Positions 1 through 8,558 of a stretch of DNA of 46,030 nucleotides are shown one piece after another. The DNA is from Candidatus Calditenuis sp. (GTDB taxonomy: Archaea > Thermoproteota > Nitrososphaeria_A > Caldarchaeales > Calditenuaceae), in assembly GCA_032249575.1 (NCBI GenBank), contig JAVVHL010000001.1, positions 1 through 46,030 of the forward strand. Reading direction: 5' to 3'. The position numbers and the translations under genes are program-made. A model generated the notes under the pieces. It was given only the letters and a program-made list of their open reading frames with translations, was not told where the DNA came from and did no database searches. How positions within the stretch are numbered: position 1 is the stretch's first letter; each line of letters begins with the position of its first letter.

Positions 1-1
1 T

Positions 2-958
2 GTGATCCCGAGAGAAGGAGTTGAAACTATATCATCGAAGGACACCGATGTTGCGGACGAATTGACTGGCACTGCCCAGCTGACGACCAGCACCATCGCA
101 TCGACCCTCAGGACCTACTTCGTCCTCACCAAGCCGAACGTCTGGTGGCTCCTCGTCTTCACAGGCATCGGAGGTTACTTCGCAGGCTCCCAGGGCTCCC
201 TCGACCCCGTGACGCTGGCCATAACGGCCCTATCGCTGGTCGCAGGTTGTGCCGGTGCCGAGGCGGTCTCCAATTACATCGAGCGTGACATCGACGCGAT
301 AATGGCCAGGACCAGAAGGAGGCCCATCCCCTCCGGAAAGATCAGCCCACCCGAGAGGGCCCTCTACCTCGGCCTAGCGCTGACCACCCTCGGCATCGCA
401 ACCTCGGCCCTGATCAACTTCTATGCGCTCATCTTCATGGTGTTCGGCGTTCTGGACTACGTCGTTGTCTACGTGATGCTGACTAAGAGGAGGACGCCGT
501 TGAACGTGATCCTCGGGAGCTTCGCGGGAGGCGCGCCCGCCCTGATCGGCTACACGGCCGCAACAGGCTTCCCTGACCTTTACGGCTGGCTGCTAGCTGC
601 GCTGATCGTGCTCTGGATACCGTCGCACGTCTGGAGCCTCGCGATGAAGTACAAGGAGGACTACAGGAGGGCTGGGGTACCGATGATGCCGGTGGTCCTC
701 GACGAGAGGAAGGCGATCAGGTGCATAGTCTCGACGGTGGTCCTGCTGGTGGCATTCTCGCTCGCGCTTCCGCCCTTCTCACATACCCTCGGACCTCTTT
801 ACATGGCGTCCGCGTCGTTGATGGGAGGTCTCCTGCTGCTGCTCTCCCTCAAGACGGCGATCGATCCGAGCTTCGAGAACTTCTGGAGGCTCTTCAAGTT
901 CTCGAGCCCCTACCTCGCTGTCCTTTTCGCCGTCATCATCGTCGAGAGCTTCGTTTAG
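2..958 (+). CDS. ctaB: Protoheme IX farnesyltransferase (heme O synthase), UbiA prenyltransferase family; 5' end at or near the window edge
   Basis: Long multi-TM ORF. UbiA-type Asp-rich motif NYIERDIDAIMARTRRRP and CtaB/CyoE-like KYKEDYRRAGVPMMPV. ORF is open to the window edge (GTG at 2). Alternative TTG at 62 lies about 26 nt downstream of a TATA-like box. Confidence 0.88.
   Translation: MIPREGVETISSKDTDVADELTGTAQLTTSTIASTLRTYFVLTKPNVWWLLVFTGIGGYFAGSQGSLDPVTLAITALSLVAGCAGAEAVSNYIERDIDAIMARTRRRPIPSGKISPPERALYLGLALTTLGIATSALINFYALIFMVFGVLDYVVVYVMLTKRRTPLNVILGSFAGGAPALIGYTAATGFPDLYGWLLAALIVLWIPSHVWSLAMKYKEDYRRAGVPMMPVVLDERKAIRCIVSTVVLLVAFSLALPPFSHTLGPLYMASASLMGGLLLLLSLKTAIDPSFENFWRLFKFSSPYLAVLFAVIIVESFV
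23..34 (+). promoter_or_regulatory. BRE/TATA-like box upstream of ctaB
   Basis: gaaactatatca. Its centre is about 26-31 nt upstream of the in-frame TTG at 62. Confidence 0.3.
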
Positions 959-1011
959 GATTCTGGGGTGGGGAGAAGGGTTTTGAGGGCGACCTGAGAC
1001 GAATTCGTTGA

Positions 1012-1590
1012 ATGGAGGCGCTGGAGGAGCAGCACCACGCGCTGGCGAAGCTCGTGGAGCACGGAATGCTTGGGCAGGGCGATGTGAGGAGGACGCTCAG
1101 CCTCAACCTCGACGGGAAAGGGCCTGTCGCCCTCGATGTGATCGACGTGCTGGAAGGCGGGTTCGTTGTTTCTGACCGCGTCACATCTGGAACGGAGCTG
1201 CCGCTCAGATCCACTTCGCTGAGGCTCGTGACCGTGAATTACACCGGCAGTGATTTCGTCCGGTTAAGGTCTGCGCTCCTCGAGGTCAACAGGGTCCTGG
1301 CGGAAGGCGGGATCGTTCTCTTGAGGTCGGAGCTGCCCCGTGAAGAGGTGCCGAGGCTCCTCCTGACGACGGGCTTCGCCGTCTCGGACCCTCAGGCGGT
1401 CTCGGACTTCTCGGTGGGCGTCAAGGTCTGGAAGAGCTACGTCAGGAACAGGTGCCCGAGGTGCGGGAGCGAGATGACGATACCCCTGATCCCCGAGGAC
1501 AGCACATCCATCAGGGTGTGGTCCTTCTACTGCAGCAGCTGCGGCTACGTCTGGAACTCGGAGGAGCCGGTTCTGAGGCTAACCTTCTGA
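1012..1590 (+). CDS. Hypothetical protein: methyltransferase-like remnant domain plus C-terminal 4-Cys zinc ribbon
   Basis: ATG-initiated 192-aa ORF. EVNRVLAEGGIVLL resembles a class I methyltransferase motif, but no clear GxGxG SAM loop is visible. C-terminus has CPRCG...CSSCG. Confidence 0.5.
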   Translation: MEALEEQHHALAKLVEHGMLGQGDVRRTLSLNLDGKGPVALDVIDVLEGGFVVSDRVTSGTELPLRSTSLRLVTVNYTGSDFVRLRSALLEVNRVLAEGGIVLLRSELPREEVPRLLLTTGFAVSDPQAVSDFSVGVKVWKSYVRNRCPRCGSEMTIPLIPEDSTSIRVWSFYCSSCGYVWNSEEPVLRLTF

Positions 1591-2196
1591 GGAGCGGAGC
1601 AGGCGGCGCAACTCGTCCAGCGCTTCGGGCGAAGGCATCACGATCGTCCCCTCTTCTGGGTCGCCTAGCTCGACCGTTTTGTTAACGTCGTGGAGGAACG
1701 CGACAAGGGCGCAGGTCAGTGCGTCTATCTCGTCTACGCTGAGTTCTTCGGCAACCCTCACTCCGAGGAGCGACGCGATGCGCTGTGCGACGACAGACGA
1801 TGGCCTCTCTCCCCTGCCTATCAGGCCGAGTGTCCTCTGAACGCCCCTCGGGTAGACCTCGATGACCCTCATGCCCCTCCCCCTCAGAAGGCCTGCGACC
1901 CTCGCTCCCCTCTCGCTGAGCATCCTCATGGGGCCCATCGCAGGAGGCAATATCGGAACGCCCATCCGCCTCACCTCGGCATCGCACCGCCTCAGGCCCC
2001 TTCCTGTCGACGGGAGCGTAAGTGGTGCGTCGATCGCCACGAATCTCGGCGATGCCCTCGCCAGGACTTCAAGCAGTTCAACGTCGGTTCGGACCTGAAA
2101 GAACTCCGCAGAGGTCCCCACCCTAACGACGCAGACCGCAGTCTCCCTCTTGGCAGTGGCGCTCAGGTCCACACCCGCGTAGACGCTGCCCCTCAC
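1579..2196 (-). CDS. DUF429-like predicted RNase H-fold nuclease
   Basis: GTG start overlaps the upstream AKR stop (GTGA at 2193-2196). N-terminal GVDLSATAKRETAV and FVAIDAPLTLP resemble DUF429/COG2410 proteins. Confidence 0.55.
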   Translation of the reverse strand: MRGSVYAGVDLSATAKRETAVCVVRVGTSAEFFQVRTDVELLEVLARASPRFVAIDAPLTLPSTGRGLRRCDAEVRRMGVPILPPAMGPMRMLSERGARVAGLLRGRGMRVIEVYPRGVQRTLGLIGRGERPSSVVAQRIASLLGVRVAEELSVDEIDALTCALVAFLHDVNKTVELGDPEEGTIVMPSPEALDELRRLLRSSEG

Positions 2197-3281
2197 GGAT
2201 CGATCCCGGCAACCGGAGGTTCGGGAGGTATCCTCGAGAGCTGCAACAGCTCCTCTACGTGTTCAGGTCTCTTCGCTCCGACCAATGTGCAGTCCGACCA
2301 GGCCCTCGCCTTCTGGATCAGGCGCTGGGCGATCGTCATCCCTCCAGGTGACCTCATCTCGACCGACCTCAACAGACGGCCTTGCAACAGGGGCGCGCTC
2401 GTCACCACCACCAGCGAGAGCTTCCTCGCAGCCTCAACCGGCGTCATCAAGACCCCGTCCACCTCCTGGTTCCTCATCGTGACGGCCTCCTTCATCACGG
2501 CGTTAAGGGGCAACTGGACGAACCTCAGCCCGTGGCCCCTCCCTGCCGTAGACCTAGCCATCTCCACGACCCTCTGCAGGTCGAGGTGCTCCTCCGCCTC
2601 CCTCTCGACCCTGAGCGAGCTCCAAGTGGCTATTCCGTACCAGCGTATCGTCCCGTCGGACCTCAGGTCCTCGAGCTTCGCGACGGCGTCGGCCAGCCTC
2701 CTGTAGGCCACTTCCTTGCCGAAGACGGGCGCCTGGTGCTCCATCGGGTTGTGGAGGTAAACGACGTCGATCACCTCCAGGTCCATGTTGGCCCTGCTCT
2801 TAGCGACGCTCCACTCGACGTACCTCGGCGATATGCAGTGGATACCTCCGGCGACCTCGGAAGGCTTGACGACACCAGCTCTGAAGAGCCTCTCCTCGAC
2901 GTAATCGACGAAGGACCTGCTTTCCCTCGAATCGTGCGTCAGGTATCCGGCCTTGGTGCAGACGAGGACCTCCGAACGGCTCACGGCTCCAGAATCGACG
3001 AGCCTCCTGATCGCCCGACCGACAGCAACCTCCGCCCTCATGAACCGGTAGTTTATCGCGGTGTCGATCACGTTGACAGCACCGGAGGCGACGAGCCTCA
3101 CGACGGCCTCCTCAACCATCGCGTCCGTGGCTTCGTCGGGCTCTCCCAGGTACGTCCCTATGCCGAGGCTGCTGAGAGTGCCTATCGGCGTCTCCCTGAA
3201 GTGACCTTCTGCGACTCCGGAGGCCCTCGCCCTCTCGGCGAACCTCTGGGCCGACTCACGCGAGTAACTCCCAGTGATCAA
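2193..3281 (-). CDS. Aldo/keto reductase family oxidoreductase
   Basis: 362-aa ORF with AKR-like blocks LGIGTYLG, IDTAINYR, VLVCTKAGY, IDVVYLHNP. TTG start 10 nt downstream of the hjc stop. Confidence 0.85.
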   Translation of the reverse strand: MITGSYSRESAQRFAERARASGVAEGHFRETPIGTLSSLGIGTYLGEPDEATDAMVEEAVVRLVASGAVNVIDTAINYRFMRAEVAVGRAIRRLVDSGAVSRSEVLVCTKAGYLTHDSRESRSFVDYVEERLFRAGVVKPSEVAGGIHCISPRYVEWSVAKSRANMDLEVIDVVYLHNPMEHQAPVFGKEVAYRRLADAVAKLEDLRSDGTIRWYGIATWSSLRVEREAEEHLDLQRVVEMARSTAGRGHGLRFVQLPLNAVMKEAVTMRNQEVDGVLMTPVEAARKLSLVVVTSAPLLQGRLLRSVEMRSPGGMTIAQRLIQKARAWSDCTLVGAKRPEHVEELLQLSRIPPEPPVAGIDP

Positions 3282-3291
3282 GGCCGTCGAC

Positions 3292-3585
3292 CTAAGGTGC
3301 GTACTCCTCCTTCGTCCAAGGGTCGATGATCCTCAGCCTCCCGTACTTGGGCCTCACGGCGAGCAGGACCCTTGCGCCCGTTGCCCTCGAGACCTCGCTG
3401 AGCCTCTCGAGCTCCTGGGAAGAGGGCCTGTCGTTGTACTTGCACTCCACGAGGACCACCTGTCCCTGGCGGATGCAGACGAGGTCAACCGGCTTGCTGG
3501 CCGCGGCCCTCACGACGAACCAGCCCCTCGAGGCGAAGAGGTCCCGGACCTCGTACTCCAGCCTCCTCCCCTTCCTGTAACTCAT
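3292..3585 (-). CDS. hjc: Holliday junction resolvase Hjc family (minimal 97-aa form)
   Basis: KGRRLEYEVRDLF...RAAASKPVDLVC...VVLVECK matches the archaeal Hjc E...D...E-x-K nuclease core. Confidence 0.8.
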   Translation of the reverse strand: MSYRKGRRLEYEVRDLFASRGWFVVRAAASKPVDLVCIRQGQVVLVECKYNDRPSSQELERLSEVSRATGARVLLAVRPKYGRLRIIDPWTKEEYAP

Positions 3586-3706
3586 CCCCGATCAGTGCGC
3601 TTCATCGCGATATCTCGGTTTCCCCTTAGCTGCGTGCCATGGAACGGCGAAAAGGGACTTGTGGGCCGAGCAAACTGAAAAGGGACGAGGCCGCAGGACC
3701 AACAGG

Positions 3707-5281
3707 ATGCGCCTCGAGGACCTGATGCTGAGGGCAGTCGTCTTCGCTTCTGGAGCCGTCGTTATGGTGGTAGAGGTGACGGGAGGGAGGGCGATAACGG
3801 CGCTCTACGGCAGCTCAGCAATAGTATGGGGAGGGGTGATCGGCGTCGTCCTCTCGGCCCTCTCGCTGGGCTACTGGATCGGCGGGCGCCTCTCGGACCG
3901 GTTCGACCCGAGGAAGGTCATCTCGGTGATGACGATCTCAGGAGGGCTCTACGTGGCCCTGCTACCTACGATAACGGCGCTGGTCTCCTCCAGCTTCAGG
4001 CTCGAGCTGCTCGACGAGAGGGTCGGATCGGTCGTCTCAGGGCTGGTGGTCACAGGAGTGCCGTCGGTGCTCCTGGGCGCCGTAGTCCCCTCCACCGTCA
4101 AGCACCTAGGTCAGGGCAAGAGCGAGCTCGGCTCCATATCGGGGAACGTCTACGCGCTCTCGACGCTCGGCAGCATCGCAGGCACCTTCGGCACCACCTT
4201 CTTCCTCCTCGAGCGCCTAGAGGTCAACTCTATCCTCTTCCTCTCGGGCCTCTTCCTCTCGGCGATCGCCGTCATGGGATCTATCAGGTATCCGAGTGTT
4301 GCCAAGGGAGGGGCCTTAGCTATCCTCGCAGTCGTGCTGGTCTCCTCTCCACCGCTCTTGGTTTGCACCTCTGCATACCTCGGCGATGTCAAGTTCGTCG
4401 GCGACTCCGCCTACTCGAGGATAGTGGTCGTCGACAGGGGCAACACGAGGCTCCTCTACATCAACGGCCTCCTCCACAGCGGCATGGTTATCGGCGAGCC
4501 CGACTCTCTACCTTTCCATTACACCAGGCTCTTCGTCCTCGGTCCCCTGATCCTGAACAGGAGCGAGGGTCTCTCGACGCTCTTCATCGGCGGTGGCGGC
4601 TTCTCCGGTCCCAAGTTCTTCGCCAGCCACTACCCGGGCATGAGGATCGTTGCGGTAGAGATAGACCCGAGGGTCGTGGAGGTCGCGAGGAAGTTCTTCC
4701 ACCTCGACGAGTTCAGCACCAGGATGGAGGTAGTCGTCATGGACGGAAGGAGGTATCTTATGCTGACGGATGAGAAGTTCGACGTTGTGGTGCTTGACGC
4801 CTACTCGAAGAACTACATCCCGTTCCACCTCGCCACATCCGAGTTCTTCGACCTGTTGAGATCGCGGATGAAGGAGGGAGGAGTCGTCGTCTCGAACGTC
4901 ATCGCTTCGCTCTCGGGACCGGCCTCGGCGATCCTATGGGCCTACGTCAGAACAATAAAGGTGCACTTCCCCAACGTCCTGGTCGTTCCGGTTTCGTCGG
5001 GCGACCCGTTCGACGTCCAGAACGTGATCGTAGTGGCCAGCGGAGCGCCCTTGCCGAGACCGGTCGAGCTCATCGCACGAGCAGGACACGACAGGGTGGC
5101 ATCGTCCCTAGACATCTCAGGACCCTTATCGAGGGCGTTCTCCCCGTCGCACGACCTCACGCAGTTCCCCCTTCTTACTGACGGCTACTCTCCCGTAGAG
5201 AATCTGCTGAACCCGGTCACGATGTCACGCTTCGGCGAGCGCTACGCCACAGGTCTCGGTTCTCCCTCGCTCTGTGCGTGA
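3707..5281 (+). CDS. Spermidine synthase-like aminopropyltransferase fused to an N-terminal multi-TM domain
   Basis: N-terminal half is hydrophobic with several TM segments. C-terminal half has LFIGGGGFSGPKFF, VAVEIDPRVVEVARKFF, VVVLDAYS (spermidine synthase fold motifs). First in-frame ATG at 3707; the ORF opens at TTG 3659. Confidence 0.8.
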   Translation: MRLEDLMLRAVVFASGAVVMVVEVTGGRAITALYGSSAIVWGGVIGVVLSALSLGYWIGGRLSDRFDPRKVISVMTISGGLYVALLPTITALVSSSFRLELLDERVGSVVSGLVVTGVPSVLLGAVVPSTVKHLGQGKSELGSISGNVYALSTLGSIAGTFGTTFFLLERLEVNSILFLSGLFLSAIAVMGSIRYPSVAKGGALAILAVVLVSSPPLLVCTSAYLGDVKFVGDSAYSRIVVVDRGNTRLLYINGLLHSGMVIGEPDSLPFHYTRLFVLGPLILNRSEGLSTLFIGGGGFSGPKFFASHYPGMRIVAVEIDPRVVEVARKFFHLDEFSTRMEVVVMDGRRYLMLTDEKFDVVVLDAYSKNYIPFHLATSEFFDLLRSRMKEGGVVVSNVIASLSGPASAILWAYVRTIKVHFPNVLVVPVSSGDPFDVQNVIVVASGAPLPRPVELIARAGHDRVASSLDISGPLSRAFSPSHDLTQFPLLTDGYSPVENLLNPVTMSRFGERYATGLGSPSLCA

Positions 5282-5380
5282 AGCTGAGTCACCTGGATCC
5301 ATAGAGCAGCCCATGGTCCGGAGTCAGAAAATCAGGCTATATCGCGGCGCGGAGAACGCAGGCCCAGAGGGGTAGAGCGG

Positions 5381-6040
5381 TTGACTTCGCTCAGGGCGCT
5401 TCTGGAACGGGTCCTCGGGGCCCACGGCATCAGGTACGAGCTCGTCGAGGCAGGCAACGCGCAGGAGCTTAGGACCGAAAGGATGAGGGTGACCTTCATC
5501 GAGGACGGAAGGTTCTCCATCACGTTCAGCGACGGCACGGAGCTGAGGGGAACAGGGCTCGTGGTGAATGAGGAGACGGCGACCGTTAAGGTGGCAGAAA
5601 GGGGGCTGAACTTCGATTACGCCCACTTCCTCCCCCACATAGAGAAGTGCTCGACATTGCACGGCCACACCGCTTCCGTCTCTGTCGAGGTGACCGGCCC
5701 CAAGAACGAGGAGGGGTACGTCGTAGATTTCAGTCTCCTGAAGAGCGCCGTCAAATCCGCAATAGACGAGCTCGACCACAAGCTGATCGTCTCCCGCAGG
5801 TACATAGCAGAATTCAGGGACGGCCGCTACCACGTGACGTTCGAGGGGCTAGGAGGGAGCTACGACCTATGGGTGCCCCAGAGCAGGGTTGCGGTGATAG
5901 AGGGCGACTCGACGGCCGAGAACATAGCGGCACACATAGCCAGACGCGTCCTCGATTACCTCTCCGTGAGACCTGTGGTCGTAAGGGTCAGCGTCAGCGA
6001 GGGCATAGGGAAGTACGCGGTGGCGGAGCTGCTGGGATGA
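5381..6040 (+). CDS. queD: 6-carboxy-5,6,7,8-tetrahydropterin synthase (QueD/PTPS family) with N-terminal extension
   Basis: FDYAHFLPHIEKCSTLHGHTASVSVEVTG and VVDFSLLKSAV...LDHK match the QueD/PTPS core. TTG start at 5381; internal ATG at MRVTF is an alternative. Confidence 0.8.
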   Translation: MTSLRALLERVLGAHGIRYELVEAGNAQELRTERMRVTFIEDGRFSITFSDGTELRGTGLVVNEETATVKVAERGLNFDYAHFLPHIEKCSTLHGHTASVSVEVTGPKNEEGYVVDFSLLKSAVKSAIDELDHKLIVSRRYIAEFRDGRYHVTFEGLGGSYDLWVPQSRVAVIEGDSTAENIAAHIARRVLDYLSVRPVVVRVSVSEGIGKYAVAELLG

Positions 6041-6696
6041 GGAGGGAGAGGGGTTCCGGATACCTCGTTTTGCTCTCGGGAGGGATAGACTCGGCGACGG
6101 CGCTTTACCTCGTGAAGAGGAGGGGAGAGAGGTGCGCGACGCTCTCGATCGACTTCCACCGGAGGAACAGGAGGGAGGTTGAGGCGGCGAGGGCGATAGC
6201 GGAGGCGGCAGGCGTCGAGGAGCAGACGGAGCTCAACTTGAGCTTCCTGAGGGAAGCCGTTGACCTCGGCGGCGAGGTCAGAAGGGAGGTCGAGGCGCGA
6301 GGGATTCCTCTGACCTTCATACCCTACAGGAACCTCGTCTTCTACTCGGTGGGCTGCTACTGGGCCTGGACCAAGGGCCTCGGGACCGTAGTCGTGGGCC
6401 ACAACGCCGAGGACAGGAACCTGTTCTCCGACGTCGGCCCGGACCTGATCGAGGCCTTCAACTCGCTGGCCGCAGCGATGATCCCGTGGCGTTCGGTGCG
6501 CGTCGAAGCTCCCTTGCTCGGCATGGGGAAGCTCGAGGTGGTGAGGTTGGCGCTGGAGCTGGGGGTTCCGCTGGAGCTGACCTGGAGCTGCTGGAGGGAG
6601 GGCGATCTCCACTGTGGCGTCTGCGAGGGTTGCGTGAAGAGGAAGGAGGTCTTCAAGGCCCTGGGCGTGAAAGACGTAACGGAATACGAGAGTTGA
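6037..6696 (+). CDS. queC: 7-cyano-7-deazaguanine synthase
   Basis: ATG overlaps the queD stop (ATGA at 6037-6040). PP-loop LVLLSGGIDSATALY. C-terminal Cys cluster WSCW...CGVCEGCVKR typical of QueC. Confidence 0.88.
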   Translation: MRRERGSGYLVLLSGGIDSATALYLVKRRGERCATLSIDFHRRNRREVEAARAIAEAAGVEEQTELNLSFLREAVDLGGEVRREVEARGIPLTFIPYRNLVFYSVGCYWAWTKGLGTVVVGHNAEDRNLFSDVGPDLIEAFNSLAAAMIPWRSVRVEAPLLGMGKLEVVRLALELGVPLELTWSCWREGDLHCGVCEGCVKRKEVFKALGVKDVTEYES

Positions 6697-6726
6697 CGGC
6701 CCTCGAAAGAAAGGCGCTGAGGGGCC

Positions 6727-8196
6727 TCATGTCGGCCGCAGGAGCCTGACCCTCCTAACCCTTACCGAGGGCCCTCCGAACCAGACAGGTATCGCCTGCA
6801 TAGGTTCTCCCTTGCCGCAGTACCCGGCCGTCATCTCGAGGTCCTTCCCCACCGCATCGATCGACGAGTAGAGGCCCTTCGTTGTTATCTCGAGGATCGG
6901 TTTGTAGACCGGCTCGGCCAACCTTCCGTTCCTGATTAGGTAGGCCTCGACGCCTGTGTAGCGCTGGTTCCACCGTTTGTCGTCGATGTTCCACTCGGAG
7001 TAGGTCTTGATGTAGACGCCGAAGGCGATGCCCTCTATCAGCTCCTCCAGCGTGTGGTCGCCGGGCTTCATGTAGGTGTTAGCCATCCTGACGATGGGCT
7101 CCCGGTCGTAGCTGCTGGCCCTCGAGGCTCCGTTGCTCTTCGTGCCCAAGACGGCCGCCGTCTCCCTGTTCTGGAGCAGCTCCTTCAGCACACCCTTCTC
7201 GATCAGGACCCTCTCCCTCGCCCTCACGCCCTCCTCGTCGTAGACGTAGAAGCCGTAGGAACCCGGAACGGTCGGATCGTCAACCACCGTCACGACCTCC
7301 GAGCCTATCCTCGTCCCCAGAAGCTCCGGCTTGATGTAGGTCTCTCCTGCCTGTGCAGCCTCACGGCCCAGCATCCTGTCCGCCTCCCCCGGATGCCCGG
7401 CTGACTCGTGGCAGATCAGCCCCACCACCTCCGGCCCCAGAACGACGTCCATCTCGCCCTCCGGCGGCTCGACGGCCTTCCTCAGGACCTGACCTACGGC
7501 ACCCGCGTCCTCGTCGAGGTAATCGTCGAGCCTCCACCTCTCGAACCCCTCCCACCCCCTCGACTCGCCGAGGTCCTTGTGCCTGAAGATCGACCTGCCG
7601 TCGGAAGAGAGCTGGTAGTAGAAGCTCACCGCGACCCTGGGAATCCACGAGTAGACATCAGCTCCGTCCGAGCTGATCACGTGCTTCTCGGTGAAGCCGC
7701 ATGTGAGGGCGATGAACCTCGAAGGTGCCTCGACGCCGGCCCTCCTCGCTCCATCGAGAAGGCCCTGGTCAGCGATCTTCAGTGCCTCGACCCTATCTTG
7801 GAGGTCCACGTTCTCGAACCTCACCCTCGGCCTCACGACAACCTTGTCCTTCCCGAGCGCCTCCTCGCTCATCTCGATCGGCCTCCTCAGCAGCTTCGCG
7901 GAAGCCTTCGCCAAGGCGATGGCCCTCTCGACCGCGTTCCTCACGGAGTTCTGCTTCATCCTGTTCGTGGACGCGAAGCCCATCGCTCCGTCGACTATCA
8001 CCCTGACCGCGATCCCCGAGTTGACGGAGAAGCCGCCTGCAACCGGATAACCGTTCCTGAGGCTGACATCCTCGTGGTAGTCGAGCTGATAGCGGGCTTC
8101 GGCGTACTTCGCTCCGAGCGAGAGGGCCCTTTCCACCGCAGACCTCAGAAGGTCCTCCGGAGGCCCTCCGCGCTCCTCCTCTCTACGTCTCGCCAA
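6727..8196 (-). CDS. tldD: TldD/PmbA family metallopeptidase
   Basis: 489-aa ORF with CHESAGHPGE (HExxxH-type motif) and typical TldD N-terminus LGAKYAEARY. Start is uncertain: TTG at 8196 or GTG at 8136. Confidence 0.85.
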   Translation of the reverse strand: MARRREEERGGPPEDLLRSAVERALSLGAKYAEARYQLDYHEDVSLRNGYPVAGGFSVNSGIAVRVIVDGAMGFASTNRMKQNSVRNAVERAIALAKASAKLLRRPIEMSEEALGKDKVVVRPRVRFENVDLQDRVEALKIADQGLLDGARRAGVEAPSRFIALTCGFTEKHVISSDGADVYSWIPRVAVSFYYQLSSDGRSIFRHKDLGESRGWEGFERWRLDDYLDEDAGAVGQVLRKAVEPPEGEMDVVLGPEVVGLICHESAGHPGEADRMLGREAAQAGETYIKPELLGTRIGSEVVTVVDDPTVPGSYGFYVYDEEGVRARERVLIEKGVLKELLQNRETAAVLGTKSNGASRASSYDREPIVRMANTYMKPGDHTLEELIEGIAFGVYIKTYSEWNIDDKRWNQRYTGVEAYLIRNGRLAEPVYKPILEITTKGLYSSIDAVGKDLEMTAGYCGKGEPMQAIPVWFGGPSVRVRRVRLLRPT

Positions 8197-8456
8197 CTGG
8201 AGTTCACCTCCTCGACCTTCCTCCTAGCCCTCTCGGCTATGGACTTTGCCCTGACCGACAGGTCCTCGAGCTCCCTCCTCAAGTCGTCCGGAAGGCTGGG
8301 GTCCATGAGGGCATCCGAGAGGACGCGCATGAGCTCCTCAGCTTTAGCCTGGACGAACTCGAGCCTGGAGCCAACGTCGAGGAAGGTCTCAAGCAGCTTG
8401 ACGGTCTCCCTCACCTCCTCGACAAGTCCCGCGAGCCTCCGCACCTGTTCGGGCAT
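8145..8456 (-). CDS. Small helical (coiled-coil-like) hypothetical protein
   Basis: ATG at 8456 (the ORF opens at TTG 8468). E/R/L-rich sequence with heptad-like pattern. Same strand as tldD and immediately upstream of it. Confidence 0.4.
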   Translation of the reverse strand: MPEQVRRLAGLVEEVRETVKLLETFLDVGSRLEFVQAKAEELMRVLSDALMDPSLPDDLRRELEDLSVRAKSIAERARRKVEEVNSSWRDVERRSAEGLRRTF

Positions 8457-8558
8457 CCTCGTCCTCAATCATCCCATCACGCCTTGTAATATGGCTTCCC
8501 AGTGGACCGGAACCTCGATCGAATCCCACTAATATCCGTCGGACGGGTAGCAGGGACG

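Noticed and set aside
1690-3329. Long plus-strand ORFs (1690-2706, 2382-3329) antisense to the DUF429 and aldo/keto reductase genes
   Set aside because: Their translations are Arg/Pro/Ser-rich and low complexity with no recognisable motifs, while the opposite strand encodes clear families. This is a typical shadow-ORF artefact of GC-rich DNA.
7408-8532. 374-aa plus-strand ORF antisense to tldD and the small helical ORF
   Set aside because: Shadow ORF. It has no motifs and a biased P/R/L composition, and TldD on the other strand is unambiguous.
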